A DNA stretch of 63,910 nucleotides, the filler included, from Phoronis australis (taxonomy: Eukaryota; Animalia; Phoronida), in NCBI GenBank assembly GCA_002633005.1. It is 5 parts of 5 records of this genome, joined end to end, with 100 filler letters (N's around TTAATTAATTAA, not from the genome) between each part and the next. Parts side by side here need not be neighbours in the genome. Positions count along the whole stretch, not along the records: positions 1 to 26,803 come from NMRA01001325.1; positions 26,904 to 53,515 come from NMRA01001049.1; 3 more parts are not named here. One strand, 5' to 3'. Position 1 is the first letter of the stretch; the number at the start of each line of letters is the position of its first letter. A program made the position numbers and the translations under genes. Positions 25,064 through 36,579 of this stretch are shown piece after piece. The notes below the pieces were generated by a model that did no database searches, was not told the origin of the DNA, and saw only the letters and a list, made by a program, of their open reading frames with translations.

Positions 25064-26731
25064 TAATAAGGGATTCTTAAAAAACAGCTTAATGGGGTTG
25101 AATTTTTCTTGCCACACAGTAATTATACGGGTAGTAGTTCACTTTTATGTTACTAAGGTCCGTGTAGTGTCTAAGATATTTATAAATGGAATATTGACAA
25201 AATACTTATCAAGGCCTTCAAAATAACATTTTATTAAACATTACATACTGTTGTGCAGTTAAGAAGAGTAGAAATTTCTGAATCTCCTGTCATAAAAATC
25301 TCACATTCCACAAACACAATGATTAAAAGCTCCACAAGATGTACACGTGTCCTCACTTACTAATCGCATCTTTTTCAGAACACTTCAGATCTGTATAAAC
25401 CATTTTATGAATATAATATTTGAAAGTTTTAAAATAAGAAAGTAACGGGAGTTTGTGTGGGGAATGTAAATTTGACTTTGTTGTCCAGGGTAAAAACCAA
25501 TGAAGCAGTACTCTATATCCCGAGGTGAAACAATTTTGGAAAGCAAAATATTTCTAAAAACAAAATAGTTTTTCTTTTAACTGGAAAGAGATTACGTACT
25601 TTGCCCAAGAAGGCTGAGGTTTTCCCTTTATTGTACGTCTTAAAGCAGCATAATTAATACAACTTGATTGAAAGATGAGACTATCCCCATATGTTTTGAA
25701 AACATATTTCAGAAACAGTTAAAAATTACATTGTTTCCACCGTTTACTACTTACTGGAGCAAAATTTTTACATCAGGAACTAAAAAACCATCATTTTCTT
25801 GAGAATTTAGTCACATTTGTTTTAATTCTGAGGGGTTTATCTTTCCAAACACGATTCTAGTGTTTTCATTAGTTCTGTTTGGGCTATCTATTAGAAAACT
25901 ACTCATTGAATTTGTCTATGTGGCATAAATAATTCTCCTAATAAAATATTCTAAATACTTCAAGTAAAGGCTTTTTGACTTCATGACAGAAACATTCATA
26001 GAACCGCTCCGACGTCATTGTTTTTAATTTTTTTTAAACTTCAAAACATTCAGCCTCGGTTAAAAAGTCACCCAGTTGCTCAACATCACTAGGGGATTTC
26101 CTTCGCCATAGGTATAAGAGTTGAAGTTTCCATTTGACATATTTTGAAAGCAATGGAGTATCATCTAATTTGAGCAAGATCTTTATCAACTGCCCTTTTT
26201 TGATGATATTTATAAACTCAATCAACTTTTCTTCCTCAGCATTTTCTGATTTCTGTTTCATTCTCATGGTATATTCTATTATTTTTCTCAATTTCTATTT
26301 TTGATACTTAATTGCACTCATCAATACAGGCATTAGTTTTAAGTTTGTTGCATATTTTTTCTGTTCGAAATATTGACGCGTGATCGTCATTCAATCTGAC
26401 TGTGCAAGCGAAATGTCTTCCCAAACGGTACAGAAACAGATTAAGAACCCAATGGAGACTGACGTGAAGACTTTACTTTACTTGTTCATTAAGACGCTCA
26501 AAGTCTGCAGCTTTTTCCACTGACTCGGCCACTCACTTAAGCTCTCTGAGTAGTACTTGTTTGTTGAAGAATGTTCAATTTACACAGGCTTACGCGCGCG
26601 CTGAAAAAAAATTCTTTGAACTGAGTAGGTGGGGCAATCGTCCCCCTGTACCCCACTGTAGCTAAACCAGAGGCTGTGAGGTTCTGGCAACTGCCGTTGT
26701 GTGATTCGGGGTCGTCCTATTGTCCTCTTAC

Positions 26732-26803
26732 CTGATTGACCAACGTCCAGTACGGGATAAATGTAAGGAAAATTGGAATAACGCGTCCGACACTCTTGAC
26801 GTC
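26732..26803 (-). CDS. SLC15A4-like (PTR2/POT family) internal exon, 5' end lost in gap (DVKSVGRVIPIFLTFIPYWTLVNQ)
   Basis: Resembles the EDVK...IPYWTVYFQ segment of SLC15A3/4; |gtaag donor, phase 0. Confidence 0.85.
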
Positions 26804-27904
26804 NNNNNNNNNNNNNNNNNNNNNNNNNNNNNNNNNNNNNNNNNNNNTTAATTAATTAANNNNNNNNNNNNNNNNNNNNNNNNNNNNNNNNNNNNNNNNN
26901 NNNAAGTTGGGTCGGGCCAGGAAGCAAACGCGTCTCAGTCTCTCATTACATTTTTTCACTCCCGGCATTCAACGAGCTGACAAGGTATGACACGTGATCT
27001 ATTTAAATTTAAAAACAGATCATGAAGCCATTCTTTCCAGCGTTGTCCATGGCTTTTACTCCTTGATAGGAAAACCTGTCATTGGCAATTGAACATGACA
27101 AATGATGCGCTTAGTTCATATTTATTTGAGACAGCTAAACTCAGTTCAGTTTTATCCCCCAGTTAATCTAATCCTGTTGTACCGCTGCACATCACGTCAC
27201 AAGTGTAAAAAGTTATTGAGAGACTCAGGGTTGCATTTATGGCCGGGAACGAATTGTCCGTTTTTTAATCGAGGAAACAAAATGTAGTCACGTTCACGGA
27301 CTTGAAACAGTACCTGTTGATACAGTAAGTGGACTGCCATTCGAGTTTCATAAAGTTCCGCAGTATGACATTTTGCAGCGCGCTAGTATATTTAAAAACA
27401 TCTGAGTTTTTAGCCAGGTCTTGCGAAATCACGCTTTCAAAGTCAAAATCCTGTTTCTGTTTGAGCCGTGAGAAATTTTGTGGTTGTCGGGTTTCTCTGA
27501 TTGACTGAATTGACGTGCTCAAATGAACACCCCACGCACTTACCCAGTTCGGCTAAAATTTGGACGTAAGCGACCACTACTTGGGTAATCGCCCACCCCC
27601 GATTTTTGCCAATTTGCAGTTTGAGGGCCCACTGCTGGGATATTTGACCATCTCCCTGTCTCAGGGTTTCCCAATTTAAGTGCCCAGGGCGTTAACCCGC
27701 GAGTTCATGGTAGTGAATTCAGTATGCAAAGCCACGGGAGGGGTGAAGGTGGGACAAAGTATGAAAGTTTAAACTAATTATGTTTGTTTTGATTGGCTTA
27801 TGTCACTCATGTGTTAAAACCTTGAACAACTTCATAGTATATTCATGGGAATCGTTTAACAAGGTCATGAATTAAATTGTTTCGATATGTCTACCTACAC
27901 AAGT

Positions 27905-28280
27905 AGACCAAAGCTCTGAAAAATTCTGAGGTTCATGAAAAATGAAAGTCATGTTCATTGCTCTGTGACTCATCTTGTTTAAAGCAACATTTTCCAGAAC
28001 ACGTGGCAGAAAAGTGAACTTTTATTTTTCTGTTTTTTCATAAAGACTATGAAATGCAAACTGCGAAAAGATCCATATCTGGAATTTTATAATATTGCAA
28101 ATATATTTTAATAATGAAACTTTTAATTTAAAGTTGGTATTCATCGCAAGTGTTGAGTTGGTCAAAGACTCATTAATACCGGCACTTATCTATCTTACAC
28201 AACTTTGTGATTCATATTCACAATAATGTTTCTTATACAATAATTGTGTTTTTTTTAAGTCGGTGTTTTTTGTTTGAAAG
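27905..28280 (+). repeat. Dispersed repeat copy 1 (copy 2 at about 39535-39880)
   Basis: Shared colinear blocks gaccaaagctct, actcatcttgtt, ttccagaaca, agatccatat, ttggtcaa and caa(c)/cagctttg. Confidence 0.7.
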
Positions 28281-28427
28281 TGAATGTTTCTAAGGTATGG
28301 CCGATTTTCTGTACTCGCACCGCTATTTACAGTCTTGACATGGTCACCTCTCTTTTAAAGACGAAAGTCTTTCATGCAGCCTGCTTATCTTTCTAATTTT
28401 TAAGTATATCTGACTGCAAATTATTAA

Positions 28428-31400
28428 GAGTGACTCCATATAAAAACCAACAGGTAGAGTCTATACCCAAAATCACAGGTTTTCTTGAAACTTAGCACAT
28501 GAGTTTGGTTTGTTTAGATGTAGAAAAGCCTCACTTTTTAAAAATTTTCATTCATTATTTTTCTTTTTATGACCTGTTCCTCCATTTTGCAACAAAATTG
28601 GGCGTCGAAGTAGGCATGTTTGAATGCATTCTACTAGCATGTATGGTACGGTCAAAACAAATGAATGATACGAATTGAAAGGGCAATGTCTGAATAATTT
28701 AATGGCATAATTTTAAAAATCCATTTTTAAATTCGTACGTTTTGAATTTGTGAGGCAAAAACGGCTATTTTTCAGGTTTTCACTGAAGCCATTTTCAGCC
28801 AAATTTGGCACTCTGTAGCAGCCATAACGCACCTTTCCTGAAATTGACTTCATAATAAGTTGTTCAGTCATTCCTAACCTGTTCATAATCTAAAATAAAA
28901 AATCTTGCCTCTAATGTAGTTTTTGCGTACGAAGCATTACACGAACTGCACTCTGTCCTTTTGCATGTTCTCAGTTGCCTCTGCTACCAATAGGGGGCTC
29001 TTGGAACATATAATTAGCTTGGAAAACACGACACAAAAACCTTGTATTTTGGAGAAAAGTCAGATAGCATTACTAATTACCATTCTCTGAAAACGGCATT
29101 GATGATTATTGCTTATTACAAAAAATATGTACGTAAATCAACTGGCATGCGTGCTTCTAAATGATAGATGGAGCTGCTTTTGTTTACGTGGAGACTGAAG
29201 ACGCATCTAGAATAAGAACAGTAACACGAGGACCTTGCTATAATTCAAGACTTCGCGAGATATTGCAATGCATTTTAAATGAGAACACATGGTTTTGCAT
29301 AAATTTTAGAGAGGTTCTAGTTTTACTGAACTCACCCCTGCCTTACTCTTATTTTCTATCCGCCTTGTTCGTGCCACAGGCAAAGGAAGGCACCCAAGGT
29401 GGATATGGCCCCCTAGTGTTCAGTGCAAAAAATCCTTCAACTTGTCAATAGTCATTGTAACTTTGGGTTCATATTGTAATGTCCCTGCTGGTTGCTACAA
29501 ATTTTAGTTGCCACCAGTCGCCAGAAATCTGGTGCCCCCCCACACACACCGGGCACCCTAACGCTGAATATTTCTGCCAGCGTGATCATCAGCGGGATAA
29601 AAAGGTACACATTCACAGTCAATTGAAAATAATTCACGAGAGACAATTTTATTAATGACTCATTCATGACTGACATGAAGTAAATAGAAGTAACGGTCTC
29701 GACTTCATATATCACATATCTTTGACTGGTTGTTATGCTACAAAACAAGGCTAAACCTGGAGCTCATTTACCACTTCATTCAGTAAATCTGACGTCATAA
29801 CAGCATCTTCACCAGAAATAGCATCGACATAAACATTGTTGCAGACAACCTCGAAAAAATCCACCAATCTGCGATTCACTTAAACTTACAGGTAAACACT
29901 TTCCCAGTAGGTTCTCGTAATGTTTCTTCCATTTTGGCACTTCCGAGGGTGAACGTTTTTACCTGACTTATCACCTTCATCGAATATGTTCGTCGGAAAG
30001 TTCTTAACCTTTACTGAAAATCTTGTTGACCTTTTACCTTTTTTCAATGCCTAACCTATTGCTTCAGCATTCGTCTCATCCAAATAGTACTCTGAGGATG
30101 CCTCAAATGACGTTCCGGTTCTTGCATCTGAAAGCATTTCTGACAACTATCGTGGGATGTGGTCATACGTGGTTTCCCTCTGTAAATGTTCAGTGTGGTT
30201 ACCCACATCCAAATGCTGACCTAGTTCTGCGTCTGTAGCAAAAAAATTTCAAGTAACCTTGCTGGGTACAAGGGAACTTTTGTTGAGGCTTTTCACTAGA
30301 TACAATGCCAAACTTAACTCTTGGTGTTGAAAATCCGCCATGTATAGAGATGTTAGTGTGTTTTAGAGAAATAGGCTTCCCATTTTCTCTGTATTTTTAA
30401 GAAATTACCGTCACCTACATGGAATTATCTCCATATGCGAATTCCTGGGGTGGAATAGTGGGAATTTAGGAATGTTCTTATACCAGGAACTTAGTATTTT
30501 GGAAAAGACTTTGTTGCATTGACTGAACATGCATACACATAACATCCCTTCACACGGCCACTGGAAAGTAATGTTTTTTTCAAATCCAGAAAGTTTATGA
30601 TATTGTTACCTTCGGCTACAAAGTACTTTGCATGTTGTTTGAGTGGAGCGATCTTGCGATCACAGAGATCCTTTCCATTCTGACTTTCACTAAAGTCATA
30701 TATCGAAACAGAAATGCCAGTAGAATTTGACAAGGCTGTTACGTTCAGGGGGAGAGGAGAAGAGTGGTAACATCCAGCATTACCTGACTTCCATGACTGG
30801 TCCTGTTCAGTCAGAAATTCACCGACTCGGGGTAGTACGAGTCCGTACTCTGGCACAGGCCTTGCTTTGTGAGGTACTTTCCTGTATCTCAAATGTTCAG
30901 TGGTATCTTTGACATAACTCACTAAAGCACAAAGCTTTTGTGATCGGATTTTTTGCAGAATAAACTCTAAAGGAACATGAAGGCCCATCGACATCGTCCT
31001 CCATTTTGTCTTTTTAAAATGCACTTGGTTCTCTCAAAATCAGTCATTACAAATACCAATTCTTACTCGTTTAATCTTAAAGGCATTTATTTCCATTTAA
31101 AAGTTCTTCAGGGTGTTTAAATTAACCTGATAATGTAAAAGAAATGAAAGAATATAAGACGGTTACACGTACATTTTTACATGTCCTTAAACTTAACCTC
31201 GGAGTCAACTGACTCCCTCAGTGGGCATAGGTCATCGGGTTCAGTTTTGATGCTAGCCGTGTAATAAACCCGGAAAACATCTTGTTTTCATTTGAAAGAG
31301 TTTAGACTTGGTTTCTATAACTATTTAAAGCAGACTTCTTGCCTAAAAGTTTGTTCAAATGGTCTGTAAACACTGCTCGTCATTTCCAAACTATGAAAAT

Positions 31401-31928
31401 AGACAGTATTGCAAGACAATTTTCACTGAAGCGCAAAGTTGAGGCAAGATTTTTTATTGCTCAGTCATCAAGACTAACTCTTTAACTGTATGTTCAAAAC
31501 GTCACACAAGGCTACAAGGTGTTTTATGGCAGTAAGAAGGTCACAAAAATGGCCACTAAAATTAGCCCCGAAAAGTGGTCTGTGGATTATCTCCCCTGTC
31601 AAGCACAAAACTGTCAGATTTTAATAAATGGCACAGAATTATGCACAATATACGTTGGTTATTTCAGCCACCAAAATATAGCTTTTGATCTATTTTGTAT
31701 GTTACTCATTTTTGTTGCTGAAAACATGCGATTTTTGAGATGGCTAATATGCCCAATTGTGCCATTTTGTGTTATCATGCTCCAGCGGCGAAATTAGGGG
31801 TCATCGAGTGCACAAAATTTGGCATTTGGGTTTTTGTTAGGATACCTACCCATGTACAAAAAATGAAGTTGTTTTAAATTTTATAGACTGATTTTTGAAA
31901 ATCTACTGGTTTTTATATGGTCTGCCTC
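28428..31928 (-). mobile_element. Probable Sola3-type DNA transposon relic
   Basis: TTAA|GAG...CTC|TTAA ends. Termini gagtgactccatataaaaacca and (rc) gaggcagaccatataaaaacca. Internal transposase fragment. TIR similarity fades quickly after about 22 bp. Confidence 0.55.
30491..30800 (-). pseudogene. DDD/E transposase catalytic fragment (Sola-like)
   Basis: SGNAGCYHS (for SDNAGCYH) and YDFSESQNGKDLCDRKIAPLK motifs. Confidence 0.65.
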
Positions 31929-32052
31929 TTAAAGGCGAAGGCAACCTTTTTCCATGTCATTTTGAGCTAAAATAGGGTTGGTTGGTTATCCTAGACATAT
32001 TTTTCACTTAATTACAGCTTTTCGTAATTTTATTAATAATTCGTCCGCTTTT

Positions 32053-32090
32053 CCGGAAGTGACGTCTTAGGAGGCAAGCGCTTCCCGCCA
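32053..32090 (+). promoter_or_regulatory. ETS-CRE composite plus E2F-like site in the left TIR, mirrored at 33716-33753
   Basis: CCGGAAGTGACGTC at 32053-32066 and TTCCCGCCA at 32082-32090; function inferred. Confidence 0.45.
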
Positions 32091-32197
32091 ATTTCTTTTC
32101 ACATAGTCTGACTGTGAGAGCTGCCGAGTCCGTCATTGTTCTACCTCGGTTGTGTTAAGTTCCGTCGTCGTTCGCTTTCATTTACTAGTCAGTCAAC

Positions 32198-33272
32198 ATG
32201 CCACACTGTTGCTGCTTACCGGGATGTAGTAATTATCGGCTCACGCGCGCTTTGGGAGTACCTTTGCATCGCTTTCCGATGGATGACACACTTCGCTGTA
32301 CTTGGCTCGTTCATGTGAAGAGCGCAGCGTTACCCGTCCACGCAACGTACAAAGCAGTGGAGAATTACCGTGTGTGTGGCAAGCACTTTCTGCCGTCCGA
32401 TTACGAAAGGGATTTGTACGCTGAACTGATGAAGATCCCTGCGAAACAACGCTTGAAGAAGGATGCCATTCCGTCTGTGTTGATTCCCGGCAGTGCCCCG
32501 TCGCCACCCCCGAGAAGTGCGTTTTTGAAGCGAGAAGCCTCGCGAGCTGTGGCCAGTACAGTGACTGGAGCCAGTGGAGGCACTTCATCTACTGTCACCC
32601 GTGCCTCCGAACGTACCCCAGAGCGTGCAATTCCTGGAACCAGTAGTGATTCGCCCTGTGCTGTTTTCTCCAGCCCAGAGCCTCTAAGCAGCCCTGCAGC
32701 GATATTGAGTAGTGGGAGTGATTACAGGCCCAGTTCGACACCCAGTGAAGAGGACAGTTCGTCGTCCAGTGAACAGATCGGTGAGCCAAACTTTGATAAG
32801 TTTATTGTGGACTTGTCTAAAGTGTTGGAGCTATTTAGAAGGTGCCAGGTGTGTGGCGAGGGAGTCACACGACACAATGTAAGCAGTTTGGGTGCTCAGG
32901 TCACCATCCAGTGGGAGTGTGTCACGGGACACTCTGGCAAGTGGGACAGTTGTTCCTCTGTCCGTGGTATGCCGGAGGTCCACTTAACCATGTCCAGTGG
33001 TGTGCTCTTCACTGGAAACACGTTTCAGTCGGTGAAGACAATGATGGACTTTGGAAAAGTCAAGTTTTTTTTCGAAAACAACATTCAACAACATTCAGAA
33101 TTCCTATTTAATACCAGTTGTCAATGACGCATACATGTCACAACATCTCGAGTTGGTGGCGGAATTCATGGAGAAGGAGAACTTGTCTGACTCACCAGGG
33201 CGGTCCGCCAAGTATACCACATACACTCTAATGGAGGAAGAGACCAAAAAGATAATTGATGTGGAACTCGGA
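32198..33272 (+). pseudogene. THAP-domain Kolobok transposase, N-terminal half, frameshifted and truncated
   Basis: THAP motifs CCLPGC, LHRFP, W, VCGKHF, LKKDAIPS. Second zinc finger CQVC...C..GH. Frameshift at the T-run 33065-33072, then DSPGRSAKYTTYTLM (start of the DDE region). Confidence 0.9.
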
Positions 33273-33539
33273 ACAGCACAAGCATTCAATTGAGGTAGGC
33301 ATAACAACGCACACAGTGCATTTGCACCAAGATGTGTCACCACGTCTGTCTTCAGTAGCCGCCTCGTTTCTCTCAACAGCTGCCTGTGCCTGTGTGTACT
33401 CTGCCTCGTTGTACTCGGGCTCAAACATGTACCCACCCACTGAATGTCCGTGAAAAAATTCCTCGTCACCACTGCTGTGAACAAGGTCTCCGTCACTCAC
33501 ACTACTGTCACTGTGATACAGGTCACCGACTCCAGCCAT
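33267..33539 (-). pseudogene. KolX / P2X7 C-terminal (ballast)-like Cys-rich protein, N-terminal part
   Basis: Acidic leader, GYMFEPEY, then WCKCTVCVVMPTSIECLCCSE (WCxCxxC..M....ECLCC). Truncated at the deletion junction. Confidence 0.85.
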
Positions 33540-34709
33540 TTTCAGCTTACAACACACTAAACAATCCCTAAATCCAACGCAGTTGGGTTCTCTACTAACC
33601 TATCTTGCCACAGAATACTCGCCGATGGAAAGTGGTGGCGACAATTGGTGAAAAATAGCACAAAATAAAAGTAGAATAGAACAGATTCGCACAGTAAGCT
33701 CAACGCAAAACCAAGTGGCGGGAAGCGCTTGCCTCCTAAAACGTCACTTCCGGAAAAGCGGACGAGTAATTAATAAAATTACGAAAAGCTGTAATTAAGT
33801 GAAAAATATGTCTAAGATAACCAACCAACCTTATTTTAGCTCAAAATGACATGGAAAAAGGTTGCCTTCGCCTTTAATTAGTCAAATCAGTACACAAAAT
33901 CGCGAGGTGAGAACGAAACGTGTTCTTACTCTAATTCATTTCTTGACATTTTCCTTTAATTATGTAAGCAAGAGAAATCATGCATCCTGTGACTGCTAGA
34001 ATAAAGAGTGGCAAGCTAGAAAATGAGAAATCTTACATTTCTTGTATCCAAGGATATTAATTGTGGGTAGAATTTTCTCATTAAAAGATGGACGCTCACT
34101 ATAATTAAATTTTGTTCTGGATAAGAATTCTGATAGCATAGTGGGTAGTTTTATTGGTTTTTGACTGCCTTGAGCACCCAATCAGCAATTATTCCAGTTA
34201 GCTATTCAGTTTTGAGTGTTCTTTTAAGGCCAGTTAATTCGTAAAATATACCCATGGACACCCCTACATTGATCTTAAATACCTCCATATTGATGTCGTT
34301 CGCTGGTTACTCTTGGAGATAATTGTAAAGAAGCAGTGTTACTGCTTATCTATTATCCATTCTTGGTTTATTTTTAAGTGGATTTTTATCAAGTAGCTCT
34401 GGCCTTATTTTGGCTCATATTGTTTGTCAGTCAAAATAGGATTCATAGAAAAAACTGACTGTTTATTGCAGTGAGACCTGAGGCTCTACAAGTTGGCTTT
34501 TGGTACAGTGTCATTTTATTCACTGAGCATCATCTTGAGGAATAGTCAACTATTGTAATCCAAGCAAGAATAAAAATCATTTTTCATTTGAATAAGTTGG
34601 GACCAATTTTATAGCTTTTAAGTTTACGTCAAAATTAAATTTCTTCAATGGGATGCTTGTTTATTGCCGCTTAAAACGGCCTGAAATGATTTAAAAGAAA
34701 GTCATGATA

Positions 34710-34776
34710 TCATATTAAAATGGTTACATTAGAGCAACTATTTTAATGTCATATTAAAATGGTTGCTCTAATGTAA
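34710..34776. repeat. Fold-back palindrome with overlapping direct repeat
   Basis: 24-bp arms at 34724-34747 and 34753-34776 (23/24). tcatattaaaatggtt repeated at 34710 and 34749. Confidence 0.8.
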
Positions 34777-36579
34777 AAACGAGATTATTTTTGAAATTTT
34801 TATTCTTTTGGCAGTTTTGTAACATTTGCTGATTTAGGTTTCAATGACACAAGTTATACGATATAGCATTCCAAATTAACTGTGAAAAGTTGATAGTCCA
34901 TGTTCAAATTACCTCCTTCCGACTCCTCTCTTGTCAGCTCTGTTGTAGAATCCAATTCGCTTTCTGACTCTGTCTGCAATCAGTTATTAAATCCATTTGT
35001 TAATAACTATTCTGATTATCACAACAGTGCTAAATACAAGATTGTATAATGAATGTGCAACTTGAGCTAAAATCAAACGGATGCGTAAGACCAGCTTATT
35101 GTTGAATCGTATAGTTTTACACATGCATCAGTGTTTTTAGCTAAGCTCTAAACCAGCAATCAAATACACAAACATAATTATAGATTATGCCACATACATA
35201 AGAATACTACTGCGATATCCTATTTTGAATTCATTTCATCTGAGAATGTCCCAACTCAGCCGAACATATTGTCTTATGTACATGAACTTATTTGCATTGC
35301 GGGGATATCATAATGCCGCGTGCTTTAGCTTAATTGTTATTGACATCATGTATATGCGTGTGCATGTAATTTGTATGTGCTAAGCTTACCATCACTGGCT
35401 AAGCGAGAAGCTTAGTCATGATGATGAATAACTGATAAAAGTTTTATTTCATAGCAAATAATAAGCAATTTAAGTTAGTGAAATATACAAGTTGAAACAA
35501 TGTACCATTCAATAAGTCAGGTTAAAATATCTTGGGAAACTTTAAGTAGGCTTAATAATCAATCAGTACAGAGATAAAAACTAACAGTTGTCCAGTGCTT
35601 TGTTGTTTTCAGTTTCTTAGATTCTAGAATGGAAGGTATCTAAGCACTGGAAAAAACTATAGAAACTGTGAGTAATGGAAAGTTACCTGTCGGAGTCATG
35701 AAAGTTTTTGACACCACTCCTCAGAGTGTTAAAAGGTATGTAGTAAGTTACAGCTACTTGGTGTTCACCTAGAGTTTTAGTCAGTTTCTCAGATACACAG
35801 TTAACATGAGGTGTGATGACGTGAGGCTAATGGTACTCGGACTGTCCACGTGAGTTATGACTTAATGTCAAAAAATCACTACTTGCAATCATTGTCCCTG
35901 AGAATGCTCACGACACACGCATGTTCTTTAGTGATTTTTCAGGTTGGGTAACTTTAAAGTTGGTTGTCATCTCGCTGTACAAGAATCCATGCCATGGACA
36001 ATTTGGGTTGTAAATGTTGGTTGGACTGAAAGTTCAAATACATTAGGTATCATTCTTCTGGAGTGGAAAAATCAAGAAATTTCCTCTATTATGATCTTAA
36101 AATCTTGAATCACGCTCGATTAAATTATATGTTCAGCACGCCTTTTGTGTTACGATTAAGCTGGTCAGAAATTGGAGTCACACATCGGAATCAACCAGTG
36201 AAAGTTGAGAGTAATTTCTCTGAAATTTAACCGTTTTTCTCCATTCGAAGTTTTTTTGGTGAAAGTATTTCAAACAAAACACACCTGCTTCGCAACATTT
36301 GTTGAAAGTCTATAGCAAATAGTATCTTTAAAAATCGGTTATCGTCTGAGCCGCGCTGTTTACAACATAATTGCTGGATAATACACGAGCTGGTGAACGT
36401 AAACATTAAGAGAGCTGGACTTAATGGTTTGCCGCTGTCAAACTCATAACAACACAGCTGTAACCTGGCAGGTCCCATCAAGCTGCCGGGTTACTCATTT
36501 CACAGCGCAGGTGCGTAACGTATATCCATATCCGTTGGTCTCCTGTACACTATCAACTTTTAGGGTCACTGTCCTCCAG

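Larger units (their letters stand above)
31933..33873. mobile_element. Kolobok DNA transposon B, internally deleted (1941 bp)
   Basis: TTAA TSD at 31929-31932 and 33874-33877. AG...CT termini. Near-perfect 158-bp TIRs at 31933-32090 and 33716-33873. Convergent THAP-transposase and KolX gene starts. Confidence 0.93.

Noticed and set aside
26848-26859. TTAATTAATTAA centred in N-runs (also 53560-53571, 60362-60373, 62612-62623)
   Set aside because: Identical six-frame-stop linker in fixed-length gaps, so a scaffolding artefact. Order and distance across these joins are unreliable.
33228-33557. Host P2X7 receptor gene
   Set aside because: No transmembrane or ectodomain exons, and it lies inside transposon TIRs; it is the KolX cargo.
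35620-35735. Plus-strand exon-like segment as PIK3R4 exon 1 or an HTH domain
   Set aside because: In-frame stop and no Vps15 similarity.
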